A stretch of DNA of 55,613 nucleotides, filler included, from Catajapyx aquilonaris (lineage: Eukaryota), in NCBI GenBank assembly GCA_000934665.2. It is 2 parts of 2 records of this genome, joined end to end, with 100 filler letters (N's around TTAATTAATTAA, not from the genome) between each part and the next. Parts side by side here need not be neighbours in the genome. Positions count along the whole stretch, not along the records: positions 27,861 to 55,613 come from JYFJ02005004.1; 1 more part is not named here. The stretch is one strand, 5' to 3'. Position numbers and translations under genes: made by a program. Positions 35,801-47,684 of this stretch are shown here, piece after piece (position 1 is the stretch's first letter; each line of letters begins with the position of its first letter). Below the pieces are notes generated by a model. It made no database searches, was not told the origin of the DNA, and saw nothing but the letters and a program-made list of their open reading frames with translations.

Positions 35801-38019
35801 AATGACACGTCGAAAGTAACGAATGACTTTTAAGAAATAAGACGAGCCTAACATTTTGGATTTCATTTTCAGCGAGTGCACACACCGGTGACCACACTGT
35901 GGACGAGTATCCTGACATCAGCGGAATATGCACAGCAAGGGTGGGTAGAAAAGTCGTTTACCCCTTTCCAACACGTGTGACATGCCGCTTGTATCTTTTT
36001 TGCAGGAGGCAATGCGCAAGATGAATGAGGAGGACAAGCAGAAGATTGCACAGCAGGTGGAGTACTTCCGCACTGAGAAGTTGAAGTTCGATAAGGAGGT
36101 GGCCAAATGGGACGACACTGGCAACGACATAATCGTACTGGCTAAGCACATGTGCATGATCATGATGGAGATGACGGACTTCACCAGAGGAAGGGGACCC
36201 CTGAAGACCACCATGGACGTCATCAACGCTGCCAAGAAGATCTCGGAAGCTGGAACCAAGCTGGACAAGCTGGCCAGGCTGATTGCGGATCAGTGCCCCG
36301 AGTCCTCAACCAAGAAGGATCTGCTGGCCTACCTGCAACGCATCGCTCTCTATTGTCACCAGCTCAACATTACCTCTAAGGTCAAGGCTGACGTGCAGAA
36401 CATCAGCGGAGAGCTCATCGTCTCAGGGGTACGTTGAACATCTGGGAAGTTGATTATGTGATTCGCAATTGTGTTGAGTTAATTGGGCATTTTATTTCCA
36501 GCTTGACAGTGCAACGTCACTTATCCAGGCAGCTAAGAACCTGATGAATGCTGTGGTTCTAACAGTGAAGGCTTCGTACGTTGCATCTACCAAGTACCCA
36601 AGGCAGGGAACAGTTGCGGTAAGTTTCACTCGAGAACTGTGTGGCAGGTGGGCATGAAAGAGTTTATTTTCTTTCTGCAAGTACCCCCCCCATTTGATCA
36701 TCGCCATTTTTTTCTCCCCACCGTGAGTCTTAAGGGAACAGGTTGAATGGGTGTGAGGGTTGAGTGTGAAGACAGCTTGGGTTTTCAATGTTTTTAGGCC
36801 TGCAAATCCTGGCTGAAAAAAAGGTAGCATCCCCCCAAGACCACTTCTTTGGTCCGTAGGAGGTGAGCCGGGAGGAAGGGCTGGCGACTTTGCCCCAGGG
36901 GCCGCCCCTCTTTCTCCTGCGCCTCTCCGACTCACACGCCGTGCTCTACTCTGTCCATCTGGTATTCTCTGCATACACATAAGCGATTCAGTTTTAACGT
37001 AGTGACTTTAACAGTACTAATATTGCGAGACTAATGTGTGGCATTGCGTGTACATGTTCTAATGGCATGGTAAGCAGTGCAGGATATTTTTCTTTTCCAA
37101 TGTCCGTTGTATCAAGTTTAAAAGCAGGGTCGCTTATCACAGCGATAAGGTGCACAATTTGGAATGAAAACAGTGCGAGACTTGACGTCATGGGAATTGA
37201 GATGCCTGTTTTCTAACACTGCTGGTGTCATGAATTAGCAGGGATTTCGCTCTCTTTACATAACTAGAGAGGATAATGCGTAGAATTGCACAACAGGCTT
37301 ACAGAATACAATTCAACTTGCACAACTTTCCACAGGCGTGTCATTATCTATTGGTTCAAGTGAATTGTGGCCCTATGATTATTCATTGATTGGCACAAAT
37401 GAACAATGTATTTTTGAAATTATTTTATTGATTGCAATTCAAAATTTCACGTAAGAATATTACAAACACAGCTTTGTCACTAGTGATAATGAGAAAGTAC
37501 TGCCAAAGGACCTTGTGTATGTCCAATATGCAAATATATCTGTGGGTTGTGTCCACTTATAACAATTCCAGTGTAACATTGCACATAGAAATGATTCACT
37601 AAAACACTGTAATGTTGTTTAGCAAGTGATAGATGTTGCTGTTTACTAGCCCTACAGATAAAAGGCCTTAACCTTGTTGCGTGTGACTCAGAATATTATC
37701 ACAAGTCATAATCTTGTGATGTTTTTGTGAAAGCTAATATCGGAGATGGCAGTGACTTGTGTCCGTAGAGTAACTGGCTTTCTTAATTGAATGTGCAAAT
37801 TATGCACTTTGGAGGCTTGTACTAATGTAATTTCCTTTTTTTTAATTTTTTCAGTCCCCGATAGTGGTGTGGAAGATGAAGGCCCCTGAGAAGAAGCCCC
37901 TTGTGCGCAGGGAGAAGCCTGAAGAGGTCAGGGCGAAGGTCAGGAAGGGGTCCCAGAAGAAGCCACAGAATCCAATCAAGGCCCTCAGTGAATTCCAGAG
38001 CCCAGCCGAAGCTGTCTAA
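32857..38019 (+). CDS. alpha-Cat: Alpha-catenin (~910 aa, 11 coding exons)
   Basis: Exons 32857-32964, 33027-33380, 33753-34139, 34198-34401, 34479-34962, 35025-35377, 35436-35505, 35873-35940, 36006-36428, 36502-36618 and 37855-38019 (2733 nt, phase-consistent). Contains KWDPKNLEIRTMSVEKTLEPLV, AKWDDTGNDII, RGRGPLKTTMDVINAAK and VVWKMKAPEKKPLV. Confidence 0.98.
33438..33670. mobile_element. MITE containing five tandem 20-bp repeats, in alpha-catenin intron 2
   Basis: Ends CGAGGGGTTAGTCACT / AGTGACTAACCCTCTCG; (A[G/T]GCCATGA[A/C]GTCCGGTCGA)x5 at 33541-33638. Confidence 0.7.
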
Positions 38020-39506
38020 AAAAGAATGGGGGGGTAAAAGAAGGAGGAAGAAGATTATTAGGTTGTGCAAAAAAAGAAGATTCTAATCCAAGGCAAAGAA
38101 AAACCAAAAACCTCATCAAATTTTTAAATCTTCCAATCTACAGGGAAGTAAAGGAAGGAAATATAATAATGATTTATAGGCGGTTCCTTTATGTATCAAC
38201 ACGACTGCCAAAATAGTATAGTTGCATTTAAATGTATCGGAAAAATGGTGGCAGCATTTTTTTATCAAGTTTATAACAAGTCCCTCCCCCCCAAAAATTA
38301 AAGGTTTTTATTTTTTTTTATTTTGAGGCGAGAGGTAAGATATCATTGTAAAGTATTTCTGAATAATTTTTGGAGGCACACACTGGGCTGGTATTTATGA
38401 ATAGGGCGGAACTTTAAAAAAAGCGCTGTGTTCGTTTTTTGCAGTGTTTGTGGCTGGTGGAATTGGTGGTTACCTCCCAAATATATATATATATATATAT
38501 ATATATGCTTGGCAACTATTATTATAGTGCCAATTTATTATTTCACCAAAATATTTGAAAAAAAAAATCATAGTAAGACGGGGTCATTTGGCAAGTGGTG
38601 CCCGCATGAATGTGAGTATGCATGAGACTACTGTAGTAGCATTTTTAACGAAATATTGTGATTGTCAATTCCCCCCCACCTCATCGTCCCCTGGTCAAGA
38701 AAAAAGTAATCTAGATTTAGACGAGTCTCTTCTCTGCTGTTTTTTCATCCCTCCCCCCCCCCCTCGAACGTCCTTGTACACTTTTTCTGTGTGATTAAGT
38801 GTTCTCTCTTTCTCCCATCCCATCCGACCATACTTTCAATTCCCTTTTGTATCTTTATACAAAAGAAACGACAAAAAAAAAGAGAGTAATAATAATAAGT
38901 AGCAGGAAGTTTGTGTGGCAAGAAATTTTAGTCCTTTTTGTATGAATTTGTATGTATGAAAGTGCCTGTACACCTTCCAATATTTGTGGAATGGGGAATA
39001 ATTCATCAACATATTATTTTGTCTTTCTTTTGGGGACAGTCGATCGATAAATAAAAATTGGGAGTTCATGTAAAACATGTGCTTACGATTTCGCAGTAAT
39101 AACTCCAGCTTTCAACTACATGGTCCCTAGCATGTACGTACTATTGCATGTAATTGTATTAAGTGAGGTGGATGCGCGCTCTGCAAAGTGCAAATATCAG
39201 TAAATCCTGTGGCATTGCGCCACGACTCACTTGTCTAATCACAGGTGCTAACAAACAGTAGTGCGCCTTGAGGAATTGTTCGTATGCCAAAAAATTAGTC
39301 ACGCTTTTTTCACGAGGAACTGGCACACTGTATACACAACATACAAGGTTGAAGATGTATGGCGGTTTGCTGACTCCACATTTTGAGGAACTTGTTTCAA
39401 CATCTCATTTTATATGGGCTATGCTTGTACTTTTGAGATGTTGTTACTTGATTCATACTGATGGAAGCCTATCGCTTTACCAATTTATTAGACGCTGAAC
39501 TTCTAA

Positions 39507-39935
39507 CCCATGTAGCACAACATGAATATCCCATGGACATCCATGGGATATCCAGCTAAAATCCCCCTGGACATCCACGAATGGCCACGTTTCATTCCAT
39601 AGGATATCTGTGGGCATGGGCGGTGTCCCGGATATGGAGTGCCCATGGGCATCCATGGGATAACCAGCTAAAAAATCCCCTGGACATCCGTCATGGACAT
39701 CCATGGGATATCCGGCTAAAAAATCCCCTGGACATCCGTCATGGACATCCATGGGATATCCAGCTAAAATCCCCTGGACATCCGTCATGGACATCCAGCT
39801 AAAAATCCCCTGGACATCCGTCATGGACATCCGTGGGATATCCAAAATCCCCTGGACATCCGTCATGGACATCCGTGGGATATCCAAAATCCCCTGGAGA
39901 TCCACGAATGTCCCAAGTTGATTATATTTGTGCGA
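39507..39935. repeat. Minisatellite-like array of ~30-45-bp units, probably a repeat-bearing MITE
   Basis: About 8 variant units of CCCCTGGACATCCGTCATGGACATCCATGGGATATCCAGCTAAAAT; weak inverted ends TAGCACAA / TTGTGCGA. Confidence 0.85.
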
Positions 39936-40149
39936 CCCACATGCAGCATATACAGAAATGACCAAAATGACGTTCGCCAACTTATGACTAGGGATGAGTG
40001 CTGTGACTTATGGCACACACGGTAAATGCTAATTATTTTGCTGCTTATGCCTCCCACATTTATGATATTATGCAGCCTAACACGCAGATCATTCCCCTAT
40101 TTCTACAGCGTCCATATCCGGGCAGCATCGCAAGACCTCATGTCGTCAA

Positions 40150-40295
40150 CGCACGTGTTTATGTACGTGTTCCAAGTGCCCAAGGCGCAATTGATACGTG
40201 CAATTTTTGTTATTGCTTCAAAAAGAAAAAGAACGCGCAGTCGGCAGGGCGCATGCGTCGTAGTGACGTCACAGGGTGGCGCTACGATGACGTAG
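40150..40295 (+). promoter_or_regulatory. Putative BNIP3 promoter with a cluster of HRE/E-box and CRE motifs
   Basis: CACGTG 40152, TACGTG 40164, TACGTGC 40195, GCGCATGCG ~40248, TGACGTCA 40264 and TGACGTA 40288, in a CpG-rich stretch 170-320 bp upstream of the ATG. Confidence 0.5.
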
Positions 40296-40467
40296 TTGGA
40301 AAACAAAGAGGACGGGACGGGACGGGGAGGGGGAACTCTTGAGAGAACGTTTTTCGTTCCCGAACGAACAGAACACTGAGAACACACACGAGAGACGAGA
40401 GACGTTCCAGAGACAATTCCAGAGAACAACAGATCCCTTAATCGCTCCAGTGTCCATCAGTGCGAGG

Positions 40468-43400
40468 ATGGCCAGCTTGAGGCCCACTGTTGAGGACAGC
40501 CTTGGAGGTCAGTTTTTGTTATCATGGGGAGCGGGAATGGGAGGGGGGAGTCATTGTTTACATACAATCACATACGTTGTGCGCAAAAAGTGCGCATTTT
40601 CTTTTCTTCAAGAGTGCTGTTTTTTTGGGGGGATGCAAAAAAATGTTGCGAATTTTTTTTTGGGGGGGAATGGAATGGAGGGGGGGGTAAGTGACCAGTA
40701 AGGCGCATCGACCCCACCCCAACCCTTAAACCACCCACCCACCCACTTGTCAACCCTACCGTGGAACACTGCCAAAATCGTTGTGCACCCCAGTTCATTT
40801 AAAAGGTTATTAGACCAGATGAGTCAGTGGCTTTTTTCTAAATAAGAAACAGCAGACCTTGTATGACCTTCAGGTTGACAACAACAACAAACAACAACAC
40901 AAAAGGTCCTTGTGTAATTTTGGTGGAGCACTGGGAATGTACTTTGATGTTCACATGCGGAGTACGCTGGGAGGTCCCACTGGGAATGCACTTTGATAAA
41001 GACACATGCAGAGTGCGCAGTTCGGGGCTGCTGACCTATGGTCAGATCCGTTTGGGCTAGTTAATATCAGACAGTAAAGTTCAAACTGATTACTTTGTGC
41101 CAATCTATTTTTGGAGTAGCCTCTAGTCGTGTTTACCTTTTAGTAATTGAACGCAGTTTCGATGCAAATTGTGCTGAGAGGGCATGAGTCAAGTTCACCT
41201 CACTTGGCACTTTAAAGTCATGAATTTGCAATGCTGATGACCTCCAGTGGAGATAGCCAGGAAATTATAAAAGGCTAATCACCTGTTGCTAAATAAGTCG
41301 TACTGCAGGGTAGCTGGACTGTAAACTGTGAAGATCTGCAAATTAATGAGTTATTCATCAAGGTTAAAAAGTGACTATGAATAATACAGTTGGGTTTGCG
41401 AAGGTGGCGTTGGAACTATTACTTATTTACAGACTTTGTTAGACATTGTGACAACTTTATACATTTTTAAAACTTTGGCATCGTTCACAATAGCATAGTG
41501 CAGATTCTATGAAGCTTATTGTGCTGCAGCCAAGCCGAGCATGACGTCACTTTCTCGGGAGTTACCAAACATATGGTCCCAATTTTGACACAATGTATTC
41601 AAATTTGGCCAGTAATTATATGTGACTTCAAGGTAATCAGGCTGTGCACTGTCCATGAATTGATGAGACTGCATGATTACTCCACGCCTGCAATAAACTC
41701 TGCCAGCCGTTGGAAATAACTGGTTTTTGTTTACACCTCAGCTTTAATCGAATCGTTCCACTTGAGAGTAGGTGGACTTATGAAGTGCGACAGATAGTAT
41801 TGACTTAAGCAAAATAACATTTACAGAGTCATGGGTGGAGCTGGGCAGCGGTGGTGAGCTCCGTCCAATCACCCCTGAATCCCTCCCGACATCCGGCCCA
41901 GGGGCGGCCCCCACGCCCAACCAATGCTTGCTAGGTGAAGCAGAATGCCTGCGCCTTCTTCGGGAGGCCCAGAGGGAGTCATCTGGAGCATCATCAGCCA
42001 GGTTCTCATCCCCATGCTCATCCCGCCGAGACACTCCTTGGGATTCGACCTCCCCAAAGTCGCCTCCCAACAGCCCCAATGCGGAAATGAACAATGATGA
42101 TGACCTGAAGGGCGTGTATGTCAACTACTGTGGGTCTGGAGTCGGAGGCTGCAGGGAAGGTGTTGACTTGCTGGAGCGCAATACTGACTGGATCTGGGAC
42201 TGGAGCAGCCGACCTGATCAACAGCCACCTAAGTAAGTAAATATCATATTTATTGGAAACGTCCAAAGGTCAATTTTGGTGCAACATTACGATGATGTCT
42301 GTTAATGCTGAAGTGTAGTGCATGGTGAATAATTCATTTCAAAAAAATTGTTAATCATTTTTGATATCAATATTCAGAAAGCTTGCTCCATATTATTACG
42401 TTTGATCGTGCAACCAGTCAAAAATGATAAACATTTTGTTGAGGGTAGTTGTAGCTTTACAGTTGAATAAATATGATATAGTCATAACCTGTCATAACTT
42501 TCTATTCACCCACAAATATGACAAGCGCAACTCTTTATAAATTATTCAGTACAGATCAGGGAAGATTGATTTGAATGTGTGTTATGTAACATGAAGTGTG
42601 TCTCTGCATTAGATTTGTAAAGTTTAACCAATTCCGAAGGGATCATTGCTGTCGTATTCTGACTTCTGTGCTCATTGCATTCTGCAAATGGTGCGTAACC
42701 TTGTAAATACCAGCAGGGATTGTTTGGGGGGTGGTGTAAATCTGTGGAGAGTGGGTGCCAACCATTGCAAGAGTGGGCATGGTTGTGGAGGTCATGTCAG
42801 TTATAATATGTCTGTTTTGATGAAAAATATCTGCACATGTTTCTTGCTAACATTAATTGACGTGTAACATGCTGACATTTGCTAAACGTGATTGCACTTT
42901 GTACACAACCACATCGGGAACAAGGAAATCTGGGCAGTAGACAGTTTAGGATATAGCTATTTTTTTTAAAGATTCTTGAATGTTGTTTAAAGCATGTAAG
43001 ATAATTTTTCCCTCGTTTTATATTGTTTAGCAACTCTGTTAGGCACACACTTTCCTGCCTGTGGTTTGAAAGTTAGGGATTTCCTGCAACCTGCCGTAAC
43101 TAATAAACCCGTGGACTGTGAAATTGGCTTCCGTGGCATTATTTTCTGTGCCAGGATTGTGGAGAGGGAAGTGGGAAGGTGACGGAGGTGCTTGGGCAGG
43201 AACATTAGGGGACAGGGTGTTAACGAGAAGTGTAGGAAAATTGTGCAGATGGATAAAGGATGAGGGGGGCTTATCCGCAAGGGTCTTCCTGCTTCCAGAG
43301 CTGAGCAGTTAATGACCTCTAGGCAGAAATGATTAATGAATATATAAGGAGCTGAAATTGCATGTCTTTTGTCGCCCTCTGAAATTATGTCAGCGTGGCA

Positions 43401-44091
43401 TAACCAATTTAGCCATTAAAGGAAATGTGTAACTTTTATAAAAATCAGGCCAGAACAGTAGCCTTGTAACGTCCATTAATTCCCATTGCAGCAACAGGGC
43501 ATTAGAGCAATGCTCCATTCTCTAATTTTGGCACTTGCGTTTATCCAGTGATGACATCAGTTTACATTTGCATCCTCCAAGCATGCATGAATAATAAGCT
43601 AATTGATGTGACCTCAGCCATGCAAATCTAAACACTGCAAGTTTCCTACACTCTCAGTGCGCTTAAGCTTTCCCAAAATTAGGATTATTGGTACACATTA
43701 GTCTCTACAGTTTGCTAATGGTATTTTATTTCAGATAAGTTGTTTAAAAAAAATGTTTTTAAATACAGTCATAGCCCAAAAGTAATTTTTTGTATAATTA
43801 TTGTTGCAGGGGTTGGCACTTCAAGCATCCAGCACGAGTGAATTACAGCATTCGCACGACCAAGGTGGGCCGAAGTGGACTCTTCTCCAAGGAAGTGCTC
43901 TACACACTTTTCATCACCAACGTCATTTCTCTTCTGATTGGAACTGGCATCGGGTGTGTATTTTACATGTTCTCACGTTTTTGTTTTGGTCTCGGGCATA
44001 GACTTAACAAAACAAATCTTTTTTTTTGTATATTAACAGGATGTGGCTCAGCCGCAGAGGTTTCTTCCTCCCGAGGCTGAGTCTCCCTTGA
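40468..44091 (+). CDS. BNIP3: BNIP3/NIX mitophagy receptor (~213 aa)
   Basis: Exons 40468-40507, 41827-42232, 43810-43953 and 44040-44091 (642 nt). LIR motif ESWVEL, RLLREAQRES, DWIWDWSSRPDQQPPKGWHFKHP and a C-terminal TM LFITNVISLLIGTGIGMWL. Confidence 0.95.
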
Positions 44092-44935
44092 TGCGACTAA
44101 TGGGCCAACAAGGAGCGTGTATGAGGAAGATTTTGAAGGGTGGGATTTTGGGTGGGAGGGTTGGGGGGAACAATGTAAACATTGCTGATTGTTTAACCGT
44201 TTTATAGCATATTGATTCAGTGAAGGTGACAAAGAGACATAACCATTTAAGGAGAAAAAAAAAAGAGTTATATACTGTATAGATTATAATAGACTTTACA
44301 GCAGATTTATATATATTGCAGGAGGAAGGAGGAACTACTTGCAATCAGTATCAGTTTTAATCCTTGGCCCAATTTTTTAGTAGAAGTGCAGTTCTGCAGG
44401 CAGAAGAAAAAGGGGAGAGGCCGTGTTTTCAAACTAATTGCAATCATCCATTGAGCATTCACTTCTTTGCCACTATGTGTGAACCCTTGTCGGTTGTTCT
44501 ATGGACTTAATAAAAACCATTTGTGATGAAGTTCATCTGAGATCTTTAGCCTATGACCCTATTCAAATAATATCACGCAGTAATGTGTGCTTGTTACGCA
44601 GTTGACAAGCACAGGACGAGAATGCTGCTCTCTTTGGCCATGACCAGGTGCAATGTCAATCAGGTGAGGTCAGATTGCCAAAATGTACGGGATATTATTC
44701 TGGACCAGATATGTCTCGACCAGGAAAGGTGACTGGCATGTTGATCATGTGCAATGTGCCTGATAATGCATAGTGACCCAGGAAGATAGTTGATAACCTT
44801 CAAAAGTCTGGGATTGATTACAATACAATACTTATTTATGAAGTGTAATGGTGAGTCTTCAGCTACCTATATTTGAAGGAATGTCCATAAACAGAAAATT
44901 TGTAAGTCAAAGATTCTGTTTTACATTGGAATAAT

Positions 44936-45233
44936 AATAATATTATAATAATATCATACCCCATTGAAGCCGTTCTGGCTTTTTTAGGGGGGAGATTTGT
45001 TTTTTTGGCTGAAACTCTTGTAAACTTTATTTCGCTTTTTGGGACGGGATAGGGATGGAAGGAAGCGGCTGTGGCCTATTAACTAGGAAACAACTCCGGT
45101 ATTCACCTGGAGGAACCGTGGGAAACCACAGAAAACCACGGTCAGAGTTGCCGGCACCGGGATTCGAACCTCGAACCCAGGACCTCCCGATTAGCAGGCG
45201 GACTCCATATCCACTACACCAACCTGCTTCGGT
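44936..45233 (-). mobile_element. tRNA-derived SINE (family D)
   Basis: Same head and body as the 18764 and 47385 copies; TSD TTTACATTGGAATAAT; CCCC..GGGGTA 3' stem-loop. Confidence 0.88.
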
Positions 45234-47384
45234 TTTACATTGGAATAATTTGAAACTGATAAATTCAGAACCTGTGAGTCATGAAGTGTGTTGCATGAGA
45301 ATCATACTTGGAACCTTGTCAATTGCGCCTCTTGCTAAGGATGCACTGAAAATGCTGACCTGGGCACACGTCACGTTTATTAGTTTATCAGACAGTGTAA
45401 GGGTAGTGCAGTGTCGTCACCTTGGTCGTCACAGCCTTACCCATGCTCCAATCGGATGTGCACAAGAGCTTACACTAAATGAATGGAACCACTTAACACT
45501 GGTTTTACACCAATGCTACACCTGCCGATAAATGAAAAGCTCTACGGATTCACTCCAGCTTACGATACTCATCAATTTGGTTTCTCGATCACCTGGGAAT
45601 CTACTTGGCGAGGGTTTCTGACTTCTGAGCCCATGCTATGGACTTCAATCATGGTGTTGTTTTTTTCCTTACATTGCATTGTATTGGTTGTTGCTTGTAT
45701 CTGCTTGATTCCCCTAGCTGCCATATCAGCATTCTGGAATTTGAATAACAAGTGGCAATGAACTCCCCGAAGGTCATTGTTGTAACTGAACTATTTTTGT
45801 ACAGAATGCACCTGGCAAAGGCACAATGTTTCCTGAGTGGGAAAAATGTGGTGAAGTAAATGTACACTTGGGAAGATGCCTATGCAGTCCATGGTGGAAT
45901 TAATTATACCACAAATCAATGGAGGAAGTGCAGAAGCGACTTCCTCAGGGCAGCTTTCAAGTAATTGCAGCATGACTTTTGGCCAACTGTTTGCGTAATG
46001 TAATACATTCATCAGTCATGATATCATCTGCAAAACTATATTTTTATTGCCAATGAAATGTAAGGAATGTAACTTCCCCCATTGGAAAGGGCACCTGCTG
46101 GGTGGGCTGGGAGAGGTTGCGGAATAAGTAATTAAGGTAGGGAAGAGAGAGGGCATGAAGGCCATTTAAATAAATATTTTTGGTGTAAAACTAAATCACC
46201 CAAGGACAAATCTGGTTATTTAACTGGCTGCCTATTGCAATGGTAAAATTTCGTCCAATGTTACAGTTGCAGCCACGTTGCATGACATCTAACTGCAGTA
46301 ACCTTCCTGGCCAGGCAGGAATATTTTTCAAGGGTAGTTTTTTTTTGGCATAATTTTCCTGCCCTTCTGATGTGTCCTTTTGACTGGCCCTTTAGAATCA
46401 CTTATCCAACACGACCTTGACAAACAGTAGGCAGTCAACAGTAGGACCCAGTGGACATGCAACTCTTGCATCTTGACTGGAAGGTTTGTGTGGCTTAACT
46501 GTTAAAAGCACAAGGGTATCATTATTGCATTTATTTATTTTGGATCATTAATGCATACATAGTTTCAGAAAGATGTAACCTTGCCTGTCTTTTTGGAGAG
46601 ATGTGTCAACTGCACCTTGATGATTGGGCAAGAAAATGGTGTCGGTTGAGCAGGAGTGGGCTTATTGCAAAAAAAATATAAAAAGAGTAAGTATCCCTAA
46701 TTATGATGATCCTAATGCTCGTAATAAGTTGCGATGGTCACATTTGGCATCGCAAAACCATTGAGCCCCTACAGCCTGTGGATATCCCTATAAGACTAGC
46801 ATGTAATTGTTCCAAATAATGAAAGAAAGATGAAAACTGATACCCACTTTTTAAATAGGCCTACATATCATACATGTATGTCATCTGTAAATAATCTAGG
46901 TTTTTGAGAGTTGAGAGCTTTCAAGTTTTTCTAATTGCAAATGGGGTCAGGGGGTGCTAAGTACCTTCCATAATTTCAATTTAGAGTCAATGACAATGGT
47001 GTGTTGCTGGTGGCCAATTTTTTGTCACTTGTTTGGTGACAATAATATTAATATTATGTGCTTATGCATGATTTACCAAATGTTGTAATAAAATCATTTG
47101 AGGTAGGCTATCGCCACATGTGCAATTAGAATGAATTTGATTAAACATTATAGTTTTAGTGAACAATGTGCTGCTCAAATATTTGGTTATCGTTTATCAT
47201 TGTTGAAGCAAAAAATTTAAGCAGGTTTCTAGAGCATTCTGTGGTCATTTCAAATGCAAAAAATGTCAAATTCTCAACTTTTAATATCAGATTCCTACCA
47301 CTCCCAGGACAGAGTCTATTCAAAAACTGAGTTTCATTTTTTTCACATAAATGTTTTTCCAATTGCTCACATATCCAAGCTCTA

Positions 47385-47657
47385 ACCGAAGCAGGTTGGT
47401 GTAGTGGATATGGAGTCCGCCTGCTAATCGGGAGGTCCTGGGTTCGAATCCCGGGGCTGGCGACCCTGACCGTGGTTTTCCACGGTCCTTCCAGGATAAT
47501 TCTCGTGTCGTTTCCGTAACAACAGGCCACAGCCGCTTCCTTCTGTCCCTATCCTATCCCAAAAAGCAAAGTAAAAATGAAAGCAAAGAGTTCCAGTCAA
47601 AACAAAAATTTCCCCCCTAAAGAGCCGCCGGCTGATAATGGGGTATGAATTATTATT
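47385..47657 (+). mobile_element. tRNA-derived SINE (family D)
   Basis: A box TGGTGTAGTGG, B box GGTTCGAATCC, 14-bp TSD ATATCCAAGCTCTA, CCCC..GGGGTA stem-loop and (ATT)n tail. Confidence 0.9.
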
Positions 47658-47684
47658 ATATCCAAGCTCTAAATTTCAAAGCAA

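Noticed and set aside
36798..36823. Extra alpha-catenin exon in intron 10
   Set aside because: The AG..GT candidate is 26 nt (frameshifting) and read-through hits TAG; no further support.
39507..39935. CRISPR-like array, and the 167-aa repetitive ORF 39477-39980
   Set aside because: There are no unique spacers or cas genes and the context is eukaryotic; the ORF is a by-product of the tandem repeat.
43790..44080. 96-aa ORF as an alternative BNIP3 C-terminus
   Set aside because: It results from read-through of an 86-nt intron; the spliced form restores the expected TM helix and basic tail.
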